DNA from: an uncultured bacterium
GTDB lineage: Bacteria > Bacteroidota > Bacteroidia > J057 > JADKCL01
Assembly: GCA_963923035.1 (NCBI GenBank)
Contig: CAWUKT010000025.1
Location: 2,163 to 66,162 of the forward strand
DNA length: 64,000 bases
Direction: 5' to 3'
Shown here: piece after piece, positions 1 through 8,657 of the stretch
Numbering within the stretch: position 1 is the stretch's first letter
Layout: each line of letters begins with the position of its first letter
Translations under genes and position numbers: made by a program
The notes under the pieces: generated by a model
Told to the model about the DNA's origin: nothing
Database searches by the model: none
The model's input: only the letters and a program-made list of their open reading frames with translations

Positions 1-148
1 ACAGCAAAACCGATTCACCTGCGCGGAAGAAAATGTGGCGGCCCGGGACCAGGGAAAAGCATTCCAGGCCAAGTTTTCCTTCGTAAAATTCCCGGGTACG
101 GTTCAAATCCGAAACGTAGAGGCAGGTTTCTTTGATGCGTTGGATCAT
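1..148 (-). CDS. VOC/glyoxalase-family protein, N-terminal fragment (gene runs off the left edge)
   Basis: Own translation of the minus strand from ATG at 148 gives MIQRIKETCLYVSDLNRTREFYEGKLGLECFSLVPGRHIFFRAGESVLL. This resembles the N-terminal module of glyoxalase/bleomycin-resistance/dioxygenase proteins. The frame is open to position 1. It is absent from the ORF track because there is no stop in the window. Confidence 0.55.
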   Translation of the reverse strand, partial: MIQRIKETCLYVSDLNRTREFYEGKLGLECFSLVPGRHIFFRAGESVLL

Positions 149-211
149 GGGTGGAAATCAAATGAAGGGGGTAAATGCAAAAAGCGCCCCCTCGAAAGGC
201 GACGCTTGATG

Positions 212-284
212 AGCCTCCCACGGGACTCGAACCCGCGACCTGCTCATTACGAATGAGCCGCTCTACCAGCTGAGCTAAGGAGGC
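212..284 (-). tRNA. tRNA-Thr (anticodon CGU)
   Basis: The 73-nt minus-strand sequence GCCTCCTTAGCTCAGCTGGTAGAGCGGCTCATTCGTAATGAGCAGGTCGCGGGTTCGAGTCCCGTGGGAGGCT folds as a cloverleaf. Acceptor GCCTCCT/GGGAGGC, D-arm GCTC/GAGC, anticodon stem GCTCA/TGAGC with loop TTCGTAA (anticodon CGT), T-arm GCGGG-TTCGAGT-CCCGT. CCA is not encoded. Confidence 0.9.
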
Positions 285-293
285 GAAGGAAGG

Positions 294-325
294 CAAAGAT
301 ACAGGTAGGGACTTGTTTCTTACAA
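294..325 (-). promoter_or_regulatory. Bacteroidota-type promoter for tRNA-Thr (-33 TTG / -7 TATCTTTG)
   Basis: The minus strand reads TTG-(21 nt)-TATCTTTG-(9 nt)-tRNA 5' end. TATCTTTG matches the Bacteroidetes -7 consensus TAnnTTTG exactly. Confidence 0.5.
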
Positions 326-340
326 ATATTTTTTGGAAAA

Positions 341-1501
341 ATGCACATGCAATACCCTGACCTCGAAGGTCCCACTTTGCTGCTGCGCCCTGACATCGCC
401 CAGCGCAATATCCGCCGGATGGCGGCCAAGGCACATCGAAGTGGCACCCGCTTCCGCCCCCACTTCAAAACCCACCAGTCCCACCACATCGGGCGCTGGT
501 TCCGGGAAGCTGGGGTCTCCCACATCACGGTCTCCAGCCTGGCCATGGCCGAATATTTCGCGGCCGACGGCTGGGAAGACATCACCATCGCCATCCCAGT
601 CAACCTCCGTCAATTGCCGCGACTGAATGCCCTGGCCCGCCAGGTCCGGCTACATGTCATCGTCGATGCGCCGGCCGTGGCCACAGTCCTCAAGGACGGC
701 ATGGAGGTGCCCCTCTCGGTCTGGGTCGAACTCGACTGTGGGGATGGCCGCACCGGCATTCCCTGCTCCGATACCGAGCGGGTCCTGGCGACGGCCTCCG
801 TCATCCGCGATGCCGCCCTGCTCACGCTGGGCGGGCTCATTTCCCACGCCGGTCAATCCTATTCCCAGGTCTCCCCCAGCAATGCCATTGCCTTTTTCCG
901 TCAGCAACTGACTACCATCCAGGGCGTGCGGAGCTTCCTCGCCCAGCAGGGATTTTCTCCTGACATGGACATTTCGCTGGGAGATACGCCTACGTTCAGC
1001 ATCCTGGACGATTTGGAGGGGCTTGAAGAAGCCCGGCCAGGGAACTTCATCTTCTTCGACCAGATGCAGATGGGGATTGGCGCCTGTGGGATCAATGACG
1101 TGGCCGTGGCGATGGCCTGTCCGGTCATTTCCATTGCGGCCCACCGGGCGGAAGCCATTGTGCATGGCGGTGCCGTCCACTTTTCGAAGGATTACCTCAG
1201 CGACGACGACCATCCCTACAAGAATTTTGGGCGAACGGTTTGGCCAATTCCAGGGGGCTGGGCGCCATTCGGGGAGCATTTCCTGCACAAACTCAGCCAG
1301 GAACACGGAACTGTACACTTCAATCCGAGCAATGCGGTGGATGAGATTCGCCACGGAGACCTTTTGTTTTTCCTTCCCATTCACTCCTGCCTGACCGCCG
1401 ATCTGATGGGAGAATTTGCCCTGTTCGAAGGGGGAACAGTCACGGGTTGGGTGGAGACGATGCTGAAACCGAGTTCACATAGAGTTCATTTGGCTGAATA
1501 A
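341..1501 (+). CDS. PLP-dependent D-TA/DSD1-family enzyme (alanine-racemase-N-like fold; D-threonine aldolase / D-serine dehydratase-like)
   Basis: 386-aa ORF. The N-terminus (PTLLLRPDIAQRNIRRMAAKA...RPHFKTHQS) has the HxKT-type PLP-lysine context of this family. The C-terminal part resembles the D-serine dehydratase-like domain. Confidence 0.75.
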   Translation: MHMQYPDLEGPTLLLRPDIAQRNIRRMAAKAHRSGTRFRPHFKTHQSHHIGRWFREAGVSHITVSSLAMAEYFAADGWEDITIAIPVNLRQLPRLNALARQVRLHVIVDAPAVATVLKDGMEVPLSVWVELDCGDGRTGIPCSDTERVLATASVIRDAALLTLGGLISHAGQSYSQVSPSNAIAFFRQQLTTIQGVRSFLAQQGFSPDMDISLGDTPTFSILDDLEGLEEARPGNFIFFDQMQMGIGACGINDVAVAMACPVISIAAHRAEAIVHGGAVHFSKDYLSDDDHPYKNFGRTVWPIPGGWAPFGEHFLHKLSQEHGTVHFNPSNAVDEIRHGDLLFFLPIHSCLTADLMGEFALFEGGTVTGWVETMLKPSSHRVHLAE

Positions 1502-1523
1502 GGAGGATGGGACAAATTGCGAA

Positions 1524-2153
1524 ATGGAACATCATGCGCCTGCTCTTTTCCCCGAATTGATCGCCTTTCTCCAAACGCTGGAGGCATCCTCTATCCCAGA
1601 GGATCGGCGGGCGGCCCTGGATCCCGTGGCCAGCTATTTGAAGGCGAAAAACTCCTCTCCCATCCACCTGAATTTTATCTGCACGCACAATAGCCGTCGC
1701 AGCCAATTTGCCCAGGTCTGGGCCACGGTCATCGCGGGCTACCTGGGAATTTCACATCTGACTTCCTGGTCAGGCGGAACCGAGGCCACGGCAATGGCGC
1801 TTCCGGTAGGGGAAGCACTGGAAAGGGCGGGATTGAAATGGGAAAAGGGAACGGGTGAAAATCCGGTCCAGCGATTCCATTTTGGGGCGGGTTTCTCACC
1901 GGTGGAATGTTTCTCCAAGACCTTTTCCGATGCCTACAACCCGCAGGAGAATTTTGTGGCGGTGATGACCTGCAGCGAGGCGGATCAGGCTTGTCCCTGG
2001 GTGCCGGGCGCTTCTAAACGCATTGCACTCCCCTACCGCGATCCCAAGATCGCGGACCATACGCCCCAAGAGGCCGCCACCTACGACGAACGGAGCCGCC
2101 AGATTGCGCGGGAAATGTTGTACATGTTGAGAAATGGATTTGAAATCAACTAA
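1524..2153 (+). CDS. Low-molecular-weight phosphotyrosine phosphatase / ArsC-like arsenate reductase family protein
   Basis: 209-aa ORF with a CX5R P-loop (FICTHNSRRS) and a downstream MTCSEADQACP segment typical of the LMWP/ArsC family. It lies 22 nt after the upstream gene on the same strand. Confidence 0.7.
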   Translation: MEHHAPALFPELIAFLQTLEASSIPEDRRAALDPVASYLKAKNSSPIHLNFICTHNSRRSQFAQVWATVIAGYLGISHLTSWSGGTEATAMALPVGEALERAGLKWEKGTGENPVQRFHFGAGFSPVECFSKTFSDAYNPQENFVAVMTCSEADQACPWVPGASKRIALPYRDPKIADHTPQEAATYDERSRQIAREMLYMLRNGFEIN

Positions 2154-2165
2154 GCGGTGTTGATT

Positions 2166-2804
2166 TCAGCTCTTGGTTAAGGTTTTGCGCCCCACCACAC
2201 TGCAAATCGGGCATACCGCCGGGTCGTGGCCCCGCGCTTTGCAGTATTCGCGCCCGAAATAGATGATCTGAAGGTGCAACTTGTTCCAGCGCTCTTCCGG
2301 GAATACCCGCTTCAAATCCTTCTCGGTTTGGACCACATTCTTGCCCGTGCTGAGGTTCCAGCGGTAAGCGAGGCGGTGGATATGGGTGTCGACGGGAAAT
2401 GCAGGCACGTCAAATGCCTGGCTCATCACGACGGAGGCTGTTTTGTGGCCAACCCCAGGCAATTCTTCGAGGGCCTCGAAGGAAGCCGGGACATGGCCGC
2501 CGTACTTGTCGACCAAGGTCTGACTCAATTGGGAAATGGCCTTGGATTTGCGCGGCGCCAGGCCGCAAGGGCGGATGATCGCTGCGATGTCTTCGACGGG
2601 CACCTGGGCCATGGCGGCCGGAGTCCCCGCCATGTCAAACAAGCTCGGGGTCACCGTATTGACCCGGGCGTCCGTGCATTGGGCGCTCAAGAGGACCGCC
2701 ACCAGCAAGGTATAGGGATCGCTGTGGTCCAAAGGAATGGGCACTTCCGGATACAATTCCTCCAATTTATCCAGGACAAAGGCAACGCGTTCGGCTTTTT
2801 TCAT
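2166..2804 (-). CDS. nth: Endonuclease III
   Basis: 212 aa. HhH-GPD motif (LPGVGHKTASVVM...VDTHIHRL) and a C-terminal 4Fe-4S Cys cluster (CKARGHDPAVCPIC). Confidence 0.93.
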   Translation of the reverse strand: MKKAERVAFVLDKLEELYPEVPIPLDHSDPYTLLVAVLLSAQCTDARVNTVTPSLFDMAGTPAAMAQVPVEDIAAIIRPCGLAPRKSKAISQLSQTLVDKYGGHVPASFEALEELPGVGHKTASVVMSQAFDVPAFPVDTHIHRLAYRWNLSTGKNVVQTEKDLKRVFPEERWNKLHLQIIYFGREYCKARGHDPAVCPICSVVGRKTLTKS

Positions 2805-2812
2805 GCTGCTTT

Positions 2813-5446
2813 CTATTCCAAAATGGCCTTTTTGATTTCCTGCAACTTCAGCAGGGCTTCCACCGGAGTCATCCGGTCAATGTCGCATCCCGCCAGAACT
2901 TCGCGGATTTTCAACGTATCCGCATCCTTCAGCTCGAACATGTTCAACTGGATGTCGCGCCGGCTGCTGAACTTCACCGCCTGCGCTTTTTCCTTGTCGT
3001 CCACCCGGTTCTGCTCAAAATGCCGCAGCAATTCCTTCGCCCGCTTGACCACGGACTTGGGCATGCCCGCCATCTGGGCCACATTGATACCAAAGCTGTG
3101 CTCGGAACCGCCGGGAATGAGCTTCCGCATAAAGATGATTTTGCCCGACACCTCCTTCACCGAAACATTGTAGTTCTTCACCCGCTCCATCCGGTGGGTG
3201 ATCTCATTCAGTTCGTGGTAGTGGGTGGCAAACAGCGTTTTGGCGGCGCATTGGGGGGATTCGTGCAAATGTTCCACCAATGCCCAGGCGATGCTGACGC
3301 CATCGTAGGTGCTGGTTCCGCGGCCGATCTCGTCCAGCAAGATCAGGCTCCGGCGGGTCGCTCCGTTGACGATCCGGGCCGTCTCGTTCATCTCGACCAT
3401 GAAGGTCGACTCGCCGCTCGAAATATTGTCGCTGGCGCCGACCCGGGTGAAGATCTTGTCCACCAGGCCAATCGTGGCGCTGTCGGCCGGCACGAAGCTC
3501 CCGACCTGCGCGAGCAGCGTGATCAGTGCCATCTGGCGCAGAAACGCCGATTTACCGGCCATGTTGGGACCGGTGATGATAATGATTTGTTGCTGGGAAT
3601 TGTCGAGGAAAACGTCGTTGGGAACGTAGTGCTCGCCGCTGGGTAGGCTCCGCTCAATGACCGGGTGCCGACCGCTGCGGATGTCGATGGCCTCCTCCTC
3701 GGATATTTCCGGTCGGTGGTACTGGAACCGCCGGGCTACCCGCGCAAAGTCCATCAGGACATCCAATTCCGCGATGAGACGGGCATTCTTCTGGATGGCC
3801 TGCAAGTACTCCTGGAGCCGCTCAACGAGCTCCTGGTACAATTGGGTTTCCAAGGTGAAGATGCGCTCCTCCGCGGTCAGGATCTTGTCCTCGTACGCCT
3901 TCAACTCCTCGGTGATGTACCGTTCGGCATTGGTGAGTGTCTGTTTCCGGGTCCATTCCGGGGGAACCTTGCTGGTTTGGATGCGGGAAACTTCGAGGTA
4001 ATAGCCGAAAACTTTATTAAAGCCTATTTTGAGCTTGGGGATTCCAGTCCGCTCAATCTCACGACGTTGCATGGCCATGAGCATCTCTTTGGAATTGTCG
4101 CGGAGGCTGCGCAATTCATCGAGTTCTTCGTTGACGCCGGAGCGGATGACACCGCCGGTATTGAGGTTGTTGCTGGGGTCTTCTTCGAGGTAATGGGCAA
4201 AGTTTCCGAGGGCTCCATCGACGTTGGCGAAGGCCTCGACCTTGCGGTTCAGGGCTTCTTCCGCAAAGTCCGCCAGGACCTGGCGAATGGGGTCTTGCAG
4301 CCGCAATGAATTGCGGAGCAGCATGGCCTCCCGGGGCTGTATTTTCCGCGTCGCCAATTTCGACACCAGCCGTTCCAGGTCCCCCATTTTCCCGAACAAA
4401 TCCTCCAAGCGCCTCAGATTCTCCGGATCCTTGATGAAGGTCTCCACGGCTTCCAGCCGCGCATCGATGGCTGTCTTGGACTTCAGGGGGAACAGCAGCC
4501 ATTTCCGAAGCAAACGGGCCCCCATCGGCGTCAGGGTATGGTCCAGGACATCGATCAGGGATTGGCCGTCGGGATGGTTCGGGTGAATGAGTTCGAGGTT
4601 GCGGATGGTGAACTGATCGAGCCAAACGAAATCAGAATCGTCGAACCGCAACAAGGACGAGACGTGGGCAATGTCTTCCTGCTGGTTTTCGCGGAGGTAA
4701 TGGAGAATGGCTCCCGCCGCAGTCACGGCCTCTTCGTCATTCTCCAGGCCAAACCCCTTCAAGGAACGGGTTCCAAAGTGCTCCGTAAGTCGCTCATAAC
4801 CATAAGCATGCTGGAACACCCAATCTTCGATCCGGGAAAGGTAAAACTTGTCCCCAATCCCTTCTTTGAAATTGCGGAGGTCTTTGCGGGGAACCAGCAC
4901 TTCCGCTGGTTGCAGCGATTGGACAAGATTGCGGATACGTCCGAGGTCTCCATTGAGGCAAAAGAATTCTCCGGTGGAAACTTCGATGAAGGCAGCGCCT
5001 ACCTCCTGCCCGCGAAAATGGACCGCAGCAAGGTAATTGGATTCTTTCTGGTTGAGAATTTTATCCGACAATGCCACCCCCGGCGTGACCAACTCGGTGA
5101 CGCCCCGCTTGACGATCCCCTTGGCCTGCTTCGGGTCCTCCAATTGGTCACATACCGCGACCCGTTGGCCGGCCCGCACCAACTTGGGCAAATAGGTGTC
5201 CAGGGAATGGTGGGGAAAGCCCGCCAATTCCACGTCCGATCCACCATTGTTCCGTTTGGTGAGGACGATGCCCAGGATATTTGCCACCTTGACCGCATCT
5301 TCCCCGAACGTCTCGTAGAAGTCCCCCACCCGAAACAACAAAACAGTCCCCGGATACTCTGACTTGATCCGGTTGTATTGCAGCATCAGGGGCGTCTCCT
5401 TGGTCTTCTTCTTTTTGGGACGGCCTTTTGTTTTCGTATTTGCCAT
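2813..5446 (-). CDS. mutS: DNA mismatch repair protein MutS
   Basis: 877 aa. Mismatch-binding N-terminus (FRVGDFYETF), Walker A GPNMAGKS, DEIGRGTSTYDG and a THYHEL segment. It ends 8 nt upstream of nth on the same strand. Confidence 0.97.
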   Translation of the reverse strand: MANTKTKGRPKKKKTKETPLMLQYNRIKSEYPGTVLLFRVGDFYETFGEDAVKVANILGIVLTKRNNGGSDVELAGFPHHSLDTYLPKLVRAGQRVAVCDQLEDPKQAKGIVKRGVTELVTPGVALSDKILNQKESNYLAAVHFRGQEVGAAFIEVSTGEFFCLNGDLGRIRNLVQSLQPAEVLVPRKDLRNFKEGIGDKFYLSRIEDWVFQHAYGYERLTEHFGTRSLKGFGLENDEEAVTAAGAILHYLRENQQEDIAHVSSLLRFDDSDFVWLDQFTIRNLELIHPNHPDGQSLIDVLDHTLTPMGARLLRKWLLFPLKSKTAIDARLEAVETFIKDPENLRRLEDLFGKMGDLERLVSKLATRKIQPREAMLLRNSLRLQDPIRQVLADFAEEALNRKVEAFANVDGALGNFAHYLEEDPSNNLNTGGVIRSGVNEELDELRSLRDNSKEMLMAMQRREIERTGIPKLKIGFNKVFGYYLEVSRIQTSKVPPEWTRKQTLTNAERYITEELKAYEDKILTAEERIFTLETQLYQELVERLQEYLQAIQKNARLIAELDVLMDFARVARRFQYHRPEISEEEAIDIRSGRHPVIERSLPSGEHYVPNDVFLDNSQQQIIIITGPNMAGKSAFLRQMALITLLAQVGSFVPADSATIGLVDKIFTRVGASDNISSGESTFMVEMNETARIVNGATRRSLILLDEIGRGTSTYDGVSIAWALVEHLHESPQCAAKTLFATHYHELNEITHRMERVKNYNVSVKEVSGKIIFMRKLIPGGSEHSFGINVAQMAGMPKSVVKRAKELLRHFEQNRVDDKEKAQAVKFSSRRDIQLNMFELKDADTLKIREVLAGCDIDRMTPVEALLKLQEIKKAILE

Positions 5447-5574
5447 TTTGGAGCCTCTCTCAGATTTCCATACCTCGCAGAACTACAAAAATGGCCATTC
5501 TAGCTTGGCTCCGACCCAAGGAGTTGTCCACAAATCGGAAAGTTTCGTGGATTGGGAGCGCTCAGGAAGTCTCT

Positions 5575-5607
5575 AAAATGGCAAAAGGCCACCCGTCGGC
5601 GGCCTTT
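5575..5607 (-). terminator. Putative intrinsic terminator downstream of the M4 protease gene
   Basis: Stem AAAGGCCACC / GGCGGCCTTT (9 of 10 pairs) with loop CGTC. On the minus strand it is followed by a T-rich run (TTGCCATTTT). Confidence 0.5.
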
Positions 5608-5630
5608 CACACGGACATAAATTGAATGCC

Positions 5631-8159
5631 TTATTGCTTTTGAATCTTAATCGTTTCGGAGATGTCTCCCGTTTGGACCCGGACGAAATAGATGCCGGCC
5701 GCGAAGGAAGACAGGTTGACTTGCTCATCGATCAGGTCAACGCTTTCCAGATTCGTTCTCCACAGCACCTTACCATAGACATCGGAAACCTGGATATTGA
5801 CAGCTTCTGCCCCGATCAATTCCTGACGGATATTGACGAAGTCGGTGGCAGGATTCGGCCAAACGTAGAGCTTGTTGTCCATCTCCCGGTCATTGGAAAC
5901 CAAGCAGGACCACGAGGCTTCGAAGCCCGCACGCTGGTTCACGCCATTGGTGAACTCGCGGATGGTGAGGCTGGTGGAACTGGAAACGATGGTACCGGGG
6001 TTATTGGTTCCGGTGAAGGTGCCAATGAGCGGGGAGAAAATGCTCGGACCGTCGTAAATCCGGATATAGTCGCCGGGGGCGTAGTCAAATGAAGTAAAGG
6101 TCAGGGCAACGTTGTTGTTCTGGTTGGAAGCGATCGTCACCGTGGACAAGGAGTTGTTCGGGTAATCGCCGCTGCCACCGGCGTCGAACAGGAATCCGTT
6201 ACAGGTCTGGGCCAACAAGGTATCGCCACCTCCAGGCATGTTGATCGGGCAAGTCTGGTTGAAGTCGATCACAATGCGAGCGGCGGTGAAAACGGTATCG
6301 GCATTGCCCTGGCAATCGTAAGCGACCAAGGTCACGTCGTAGCTACCTGCATTTTGGTACACGTGGGTCGGGTTGATCTGGGTGCTGGTGCCGCCATCTC
6401 CAAAGCTCCATTCAAAGCTGAATGCGGACTCGGAGGTATTCTGGAATTGAACCACGGCGGGAAGCGAGCAGAACAGGGTATCGCTGGCATCGTACTTGGC
6501 CGCGAGGGTACCCGTGTAGGCAGTTCCGACGCCGACTGCTTGCCAGGCGTTCATGGTTTGGAATACGCGGTTGTCACAGCTGCCAAAGAGGTCGATGGCC
6601 GATTGGATGGCGTAGAACCGGGCCTCGGGGTAATTGGAGCTGGGCGTCAGGTAGACATCGTTGTTGCGGTAGGCGATGGCAGCGGCGTCCGCCATGCCAA
6701 TGCCCGTCACGTTGTAGGCATTGCCCAGGTCGTTGGTGGCATTGCCGCCATTCACGAGCAGGTAGAACCAGAAGTTTTGGACGCCACTGTTGATGTGGAC
6801 ACCACCGTTGTCAAACGTACCGGTAAACCAGTTGGAGCCGAGGTAGGTATCGGGATCAAAGAAGTCATTGGGATTGGACATGCTGCGGAAGGCACCGATG
6901 TCTTCGCCGATCAACCAGTTGGCCGTAGCGGGCTTGCCAAAGAATTCGATGGTGGTTCCGAAGATGTCGGAGAAGCTCTCGTTCAGGGCGCCACTTTCGT
7001 TCTGGTAGATCAGCCCGGAAGAGTTGCCGGTCACCCCGTGGGTGAATTCGTGGCCACAGACGTCGATGCCGGTCAGTGGAGACTGGTTGCCGGGGCCAGC
7101 GCCGTAGGTCATTACCTGGCCGTTCCAGAAGGCATTGAAGTAGCTGTTGTCGTAGTTGACGAAGCTGACGAGCGGGCTGCCCTGGTCGTCAAAGCTGTTG
7201 CGGCCGAAGAGCGTGAAGAAGTATTCAAAGGTCTGCTCGGCGCCCCAGTGGGCGTCGAGGGCCCCAATATTGTGGGCGTGGTCGAGGATGTCCCAGTAGT
7301 TGTCGTCGTCGATCAGGTCGACGGCGTTGTTGTAATTGGTTCCATTGGCCATGTCGAAGGTGGCAATGGCGGTACCGTTGTTGCCTTGCTGGAGGAGGTA
7401 CTCACCGGCCGTACTGTCGGTGGTGATGCCCTGGAGACCGCTGTACTTGGTCTGGGCCAGGCCGGGACGGTCGACGGTATGGATTTGGTTGTGGCGGAAA
7501 ATGACTTCGCCGTTCTCAGCATCTACATAGATGAATTCGCGAACGTGGGGCTCGGAAGCATACACGTCAAATTTCCAGGCCAGGCGGAACTGGTCATTGG
7601 TGGAACCGAGATCGTTGTGCATGTATACCAGTTCGCCACTGGGCTGGTAGGTGGCATTGGGGTCCTTGGTAAAGGCCTTCAGCCATGCTTCCTGACCCGG
7701 AATTTCCCACATGTAGGTCGTTCCATTGATCGTATTCAGGGCTTGGTTCAAGGCCAGGGATTTGTCCAGAATGGTAGAAGGATGGTGCGTCATGGGATAC
7801 ATTTCCCCGTTCATCGTCTTCACCAAACCATTCAGGGTATGGACCTTCCAAACGGTCGCATCGATTTTGTAACCGCGGTGGGTCGGCTGGAACTCGATGT
7901 GTTTCCATCCCAGGTAGTCATCCCGCACACGATCAAACTCCAGGTGATCGTTTTCGCCGGGGACAATGTTTTCGTCGAGGAACCGGAGAAATTCACTGGC
8001 GGTGAGTTCCTGTCCGGGAGCAAAACGGATAAATCGGATGAGGTTATTGTCATCGGTCTTGACCTGGGTGGTGCGAGTCTGCCAGGGCCACTCATTTTGC
8101 CCCCAGGAACTGCCAGCCAACAACAATGTCATCAAAGAGAAGAGGAAAACTTTTTTCAT
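5631..8159 (-). CDS. Secreted thermolysin-family (M4) zinc metalloprotease with PKD domain and T9SS C-terminal sorting domain
   Basis: 842 aa. Signal peptide, HEFTHGV zinc motif plus GALNESFSD, a PKD-like WSFGDGGTS...YDVTLVAYD segment, and the C-terminal tail VWPNPATDFVNIR...GIYFVRVQTG. Confidence 0.9.
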   Translation of the reverse strand: MKKVFLFSLMTLLLAGSSWGQNEWPWQTRTTQVKTDDNNLIRFIRFAPGQELTASEFLRFLDENIVPGENDHLEFDRVRDDYLGWKHIEFQPTHRGYKIDATVWKVHTLNGLVKTMNGEMYPMTHHPSTILDKSLALNQALNTINGTTYMWEIPGQEAWLKAFTKDPNATYQPSGELVYMHNDLGSTNDQFRLAWKFDVYASEPHVREFIYVDAENGEVIFRHNQIHTVDRPGLAQTKYSGLQGITTDSTAGEYLLQQGNNGTAIATFDMANGTNYNNAVDLIDDDNYWDILDHAHNIGALDAHWGAEQTFEYFFTLFGRNSFDDQGSPLVSFVNYDNSYFNAFWNGQVMTYGAGPGNQSPLTGIDVCGHEFTHGVTGNSSGLIYQNESGALNESFSDIFGTTIEFFGKPATANWLIGEDIGAFRSMSNPNDFFDPDTYLGSNWFTGTFDNGGVHINSGVQNFWFYLLVNGGNATNDLGNAYNVTGIGMADAAAIAYRNNDVYLTPSSNYPEARFYAIQSAIDLFGSCDNRVFQTMNAWQAVGVGTAYTGTLAAKYDASDTLFCSLPAVVQFQNTSESAFSFEWSFGDGGTSTQINPTHVYQNAGSYDVTLVAYDCQGNADTVFTAARIVIDFNQTCPINMPGGGDTLLAQTCNGFLFDAGGSGDYPNNSLSTVTIASNQNNNVALTFTSFDYAPGDYIRIYDGPSIFSPLIGTFTGTNNPGTIVSSSTSLTIREFTNGVNQRAGFEASWSCLVSNDREMDNKLYVWPNPATDFVNIRQELIGAEAVNIQVSDVYGKVLWRTNLESVDLIDEQVNLSSFAAGIYFVRVQTGDISETIKIQKQ

Positions 8160-8657
8160 AAACCGTTTGTATATACGTCCCAGTAAATATTACAACAAGT
8201 GGTTGAAATAATTAATTGTTTAACCAACGAATCCCCAATAAACGAAAAAGGTAGCGGTAGAAAAAGTCTTGGCAGCGTCAATCAGGACGCCTTGGCCCGA
8301 TCGGAACAGTTCCTCAGGGCCAGGATTTATTTTTTCAACACTTATCCACATTCTAAAAAGGGTAACCGCACGAAAAGGGCAAAATTTTCGGGCTGAAAAG
8401 TCTCTCCGGAGAATACATTGGGGAAGTTTTCAGAATTCCTTTTACCATTGTTCACCTTGAGTTTACTTTTTCGTTAACCCCGGGGAGAATATGCCCCTCC
8501 AGGGGGCCACTTTTTCCACATTTCGCCATTTGGGATACCTTTTCGAAAGCCGTAATTTATGGTAGGCAAAATAAACCTGTGCCCATAGTGCACTTCAAGG
8601 GATTGAATCCCACGCTGCTTGTTTCTTTAGGACCAATTATTCAATCGCAGAATTTCC

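Noticed and set aside
6354-8186. Long antisense ORF (610 aa) opposite the M4 protease. Similar shadow ORFs occur at 650-1384, 10723-12090, 15652-17190, 19656-20516, 23159-24430, 25186-26169, 29588-30739, 31805-33184, 33580-35022, 51916-53088 and 58312-59253.
   Set aside because: Each overlaps a gene with strong family signatures on the other strand. Their translations are G/V/A/R/D-rich with no motifs, which is typical of shadow ORFs in GC-rich coding DNA.
8342-8350. Perfect DnaA box TTATCCACA, plus a one-mismatch box TTTTCCACA at 8512-8520, as a possible oriC. I also considered reading the GGTGGAAA array cores as weak DnaA boxes.
   Set aside because: A single 9-mer is expected by chance about once in a window this size. 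There is no box cluster, AT-rich unwinding element or dnaA nearby. The array cores match only about 5 of 8 defined DnaA-box positions.
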